Source: Octopus vulgaris (lineage: Eukaryota). From it: a stretch of 64,000 bases of DNA. The stretch lies in contig OX597819.1 of assembly GCA_951406725.2 (NCBI GenBank), forward strand, positions 108,376,001 through 108,440,000, read 5' to 3'. Positions 62,563 through 64,000 of the stretch are shown here, in pieces (position 1 is the stretch's first letter; the number at the start of each line of letters is the position of its first letter). Under the pieces are notes generated by a model that saw only the letters and a list, made by a program, of their open reading frames with translations, had not been told where the DNA came from and searched no databases. The position numbers and the translations under genes are program-made.

Positions 62563-63886
62563 CTGGAATGAAAAGGCTTGTAGAGTCGATATCTGGGTAT
62601 TTAAGCCTAAACAACCGTGACCCAAACAGCTCACACATAATGACATTGTAAATCACTTCTGCTATAGATACATGGATTAGAGAAAGCACCATGTGTGTGT
62701 GAGTATGTGTATGTTTGTTTGTGTGCGTGCATGTGTGTATGCGTGCGTGTGTGTGTGTGTGTTATACACATCCACTACATATGACTTTTAAGAAGAGCAA
62801 ATTAGAAAGCATCTTTACATCGAAGAAATAACAGTCAAAAATTTCCACAGCCTGCCATCTAAAAGAACATAAAGAAGAAAATACACATTGAATAATGCAA
62901 TCTTAAATACACTATGTGTAAATAAAGGATATGACTGTCACGGCTAAGAAGTTTTTGATCATATGTATGTTGGATCAGAACTGGCCAAGGCTAAACAATA
63001 ATAACTTAGAAGAAAAAGAAATGTTAAAAAACTCTGAGAAATTTCCAAGATACTTAAATATTTTATGTGTACATAATAGTGAGAAAAGAATACATTCCGC
63101 CAAAAATATAATTCACGAAAAAAATAAAACTTCAAGTAGAATAGATTTTTCTAAAACAAAATCTGTAATATAAATTGCTTGTTAAATATGGCTGCCAAAC
63201 ATCACTAGTGTTAGAAAGAAAGATTGTGACCCGTTGCTCCTTCCATACTATCAACTAAATGTTCGGCTGCTTCAGAAGAAAGACAAAAAAAAATGTTTGA
63301 TTTTTTTTTTTTGTGCTTTGCTCCAATAATTGATATAATATCTCTCTCACAATGGAAATATTTTTGATCAATGCTTATGCTTTTTACTTTCCAATTAATA
63401 TTTTTTTACATTATTCCCTCTATTTTCTAACCTCCCTTAATGGCTATTGTAATGAAAGACTGTAAACGAATATGACCTTTTCAACATAGCCTGGCCTCTG
63501 TATTTTTATTATTATTTTCCTATCAGGAATGATATCAAAACTAAAAAAAAAAGGGGGAGGAAAAATCTTTTGATTTAAAATGTCTTTTTTTTATTATAGT
63601 GCTTTCACTTTTTTCTTCTTTTAAGATATTATTTATCTTAGCGCATCAGAGAAATTGGTGTAGTAAGTTAAAAAGAGTTGGATATAGGATTTGGAAATTA
63701 GAAGTATTTCTTCTGTTATTTTTTGTGATTTCAAGTTATGTATATGTAGGCATAGACTTACACATTTCCTTACATCAAATTAATGAAAGAAGATAAACAG
63801 GAAATGATGAGATTGATAAAAAGTAAGTGGGCCTTAAACCTATATCCTCAATTTAGTATTTCAACATATGCATGCATATGCATGTT

Positions 63887-63933
<47 letters not shown>

Positions 63934-64000
63934 TAGTAGTTCATAAGTTACAAATGAAAGTACATCCAGTATAAGTAACAGACCAGGAATATTTTTTACA

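Overview
AT-rich, repeat-saturated eukaryotic DNA, intronic or intergenic. The SINE families, RTE tails and very dense di/tri/tetranucleotide microsatellites strongly resemble an octopus (coleoid cephalopod) genome, which is my inference. No complete host gene is visible and nearly all listed ORFs are microsatellite artefacts. Recognisable coding relics are all from transposons: a maT-like (DD37D) and two mariner (DD34D) elements, a Helitron helicase fragment, RTE, CR1, I/Ingi-like, Dong/R4, HERO-like and Tx1-like LINE pieces, and a Penelope-type GIY-YIG fragment. There are also piggyBac, hAT, Helitron and Helentron non-autonomous elements and dozens of tRNA-derived SINEs. One plausible host terminal exon lies at 62193-62562 (-). 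The most interesting signal is a set of type I hammerhead-ribozyme motifs in (TA)n-associated Penelope-like terminal repeats at 18756, 24832 and 58986/59056. The last two sit in a 288-bp palindrome and include a non-canonical G3-C8 core. An unclassified fixed-end 555-bp element also occurs twice inside (ATT)n arrays. All calls were made by eye and the coordinates of degraded repeats are approximate.
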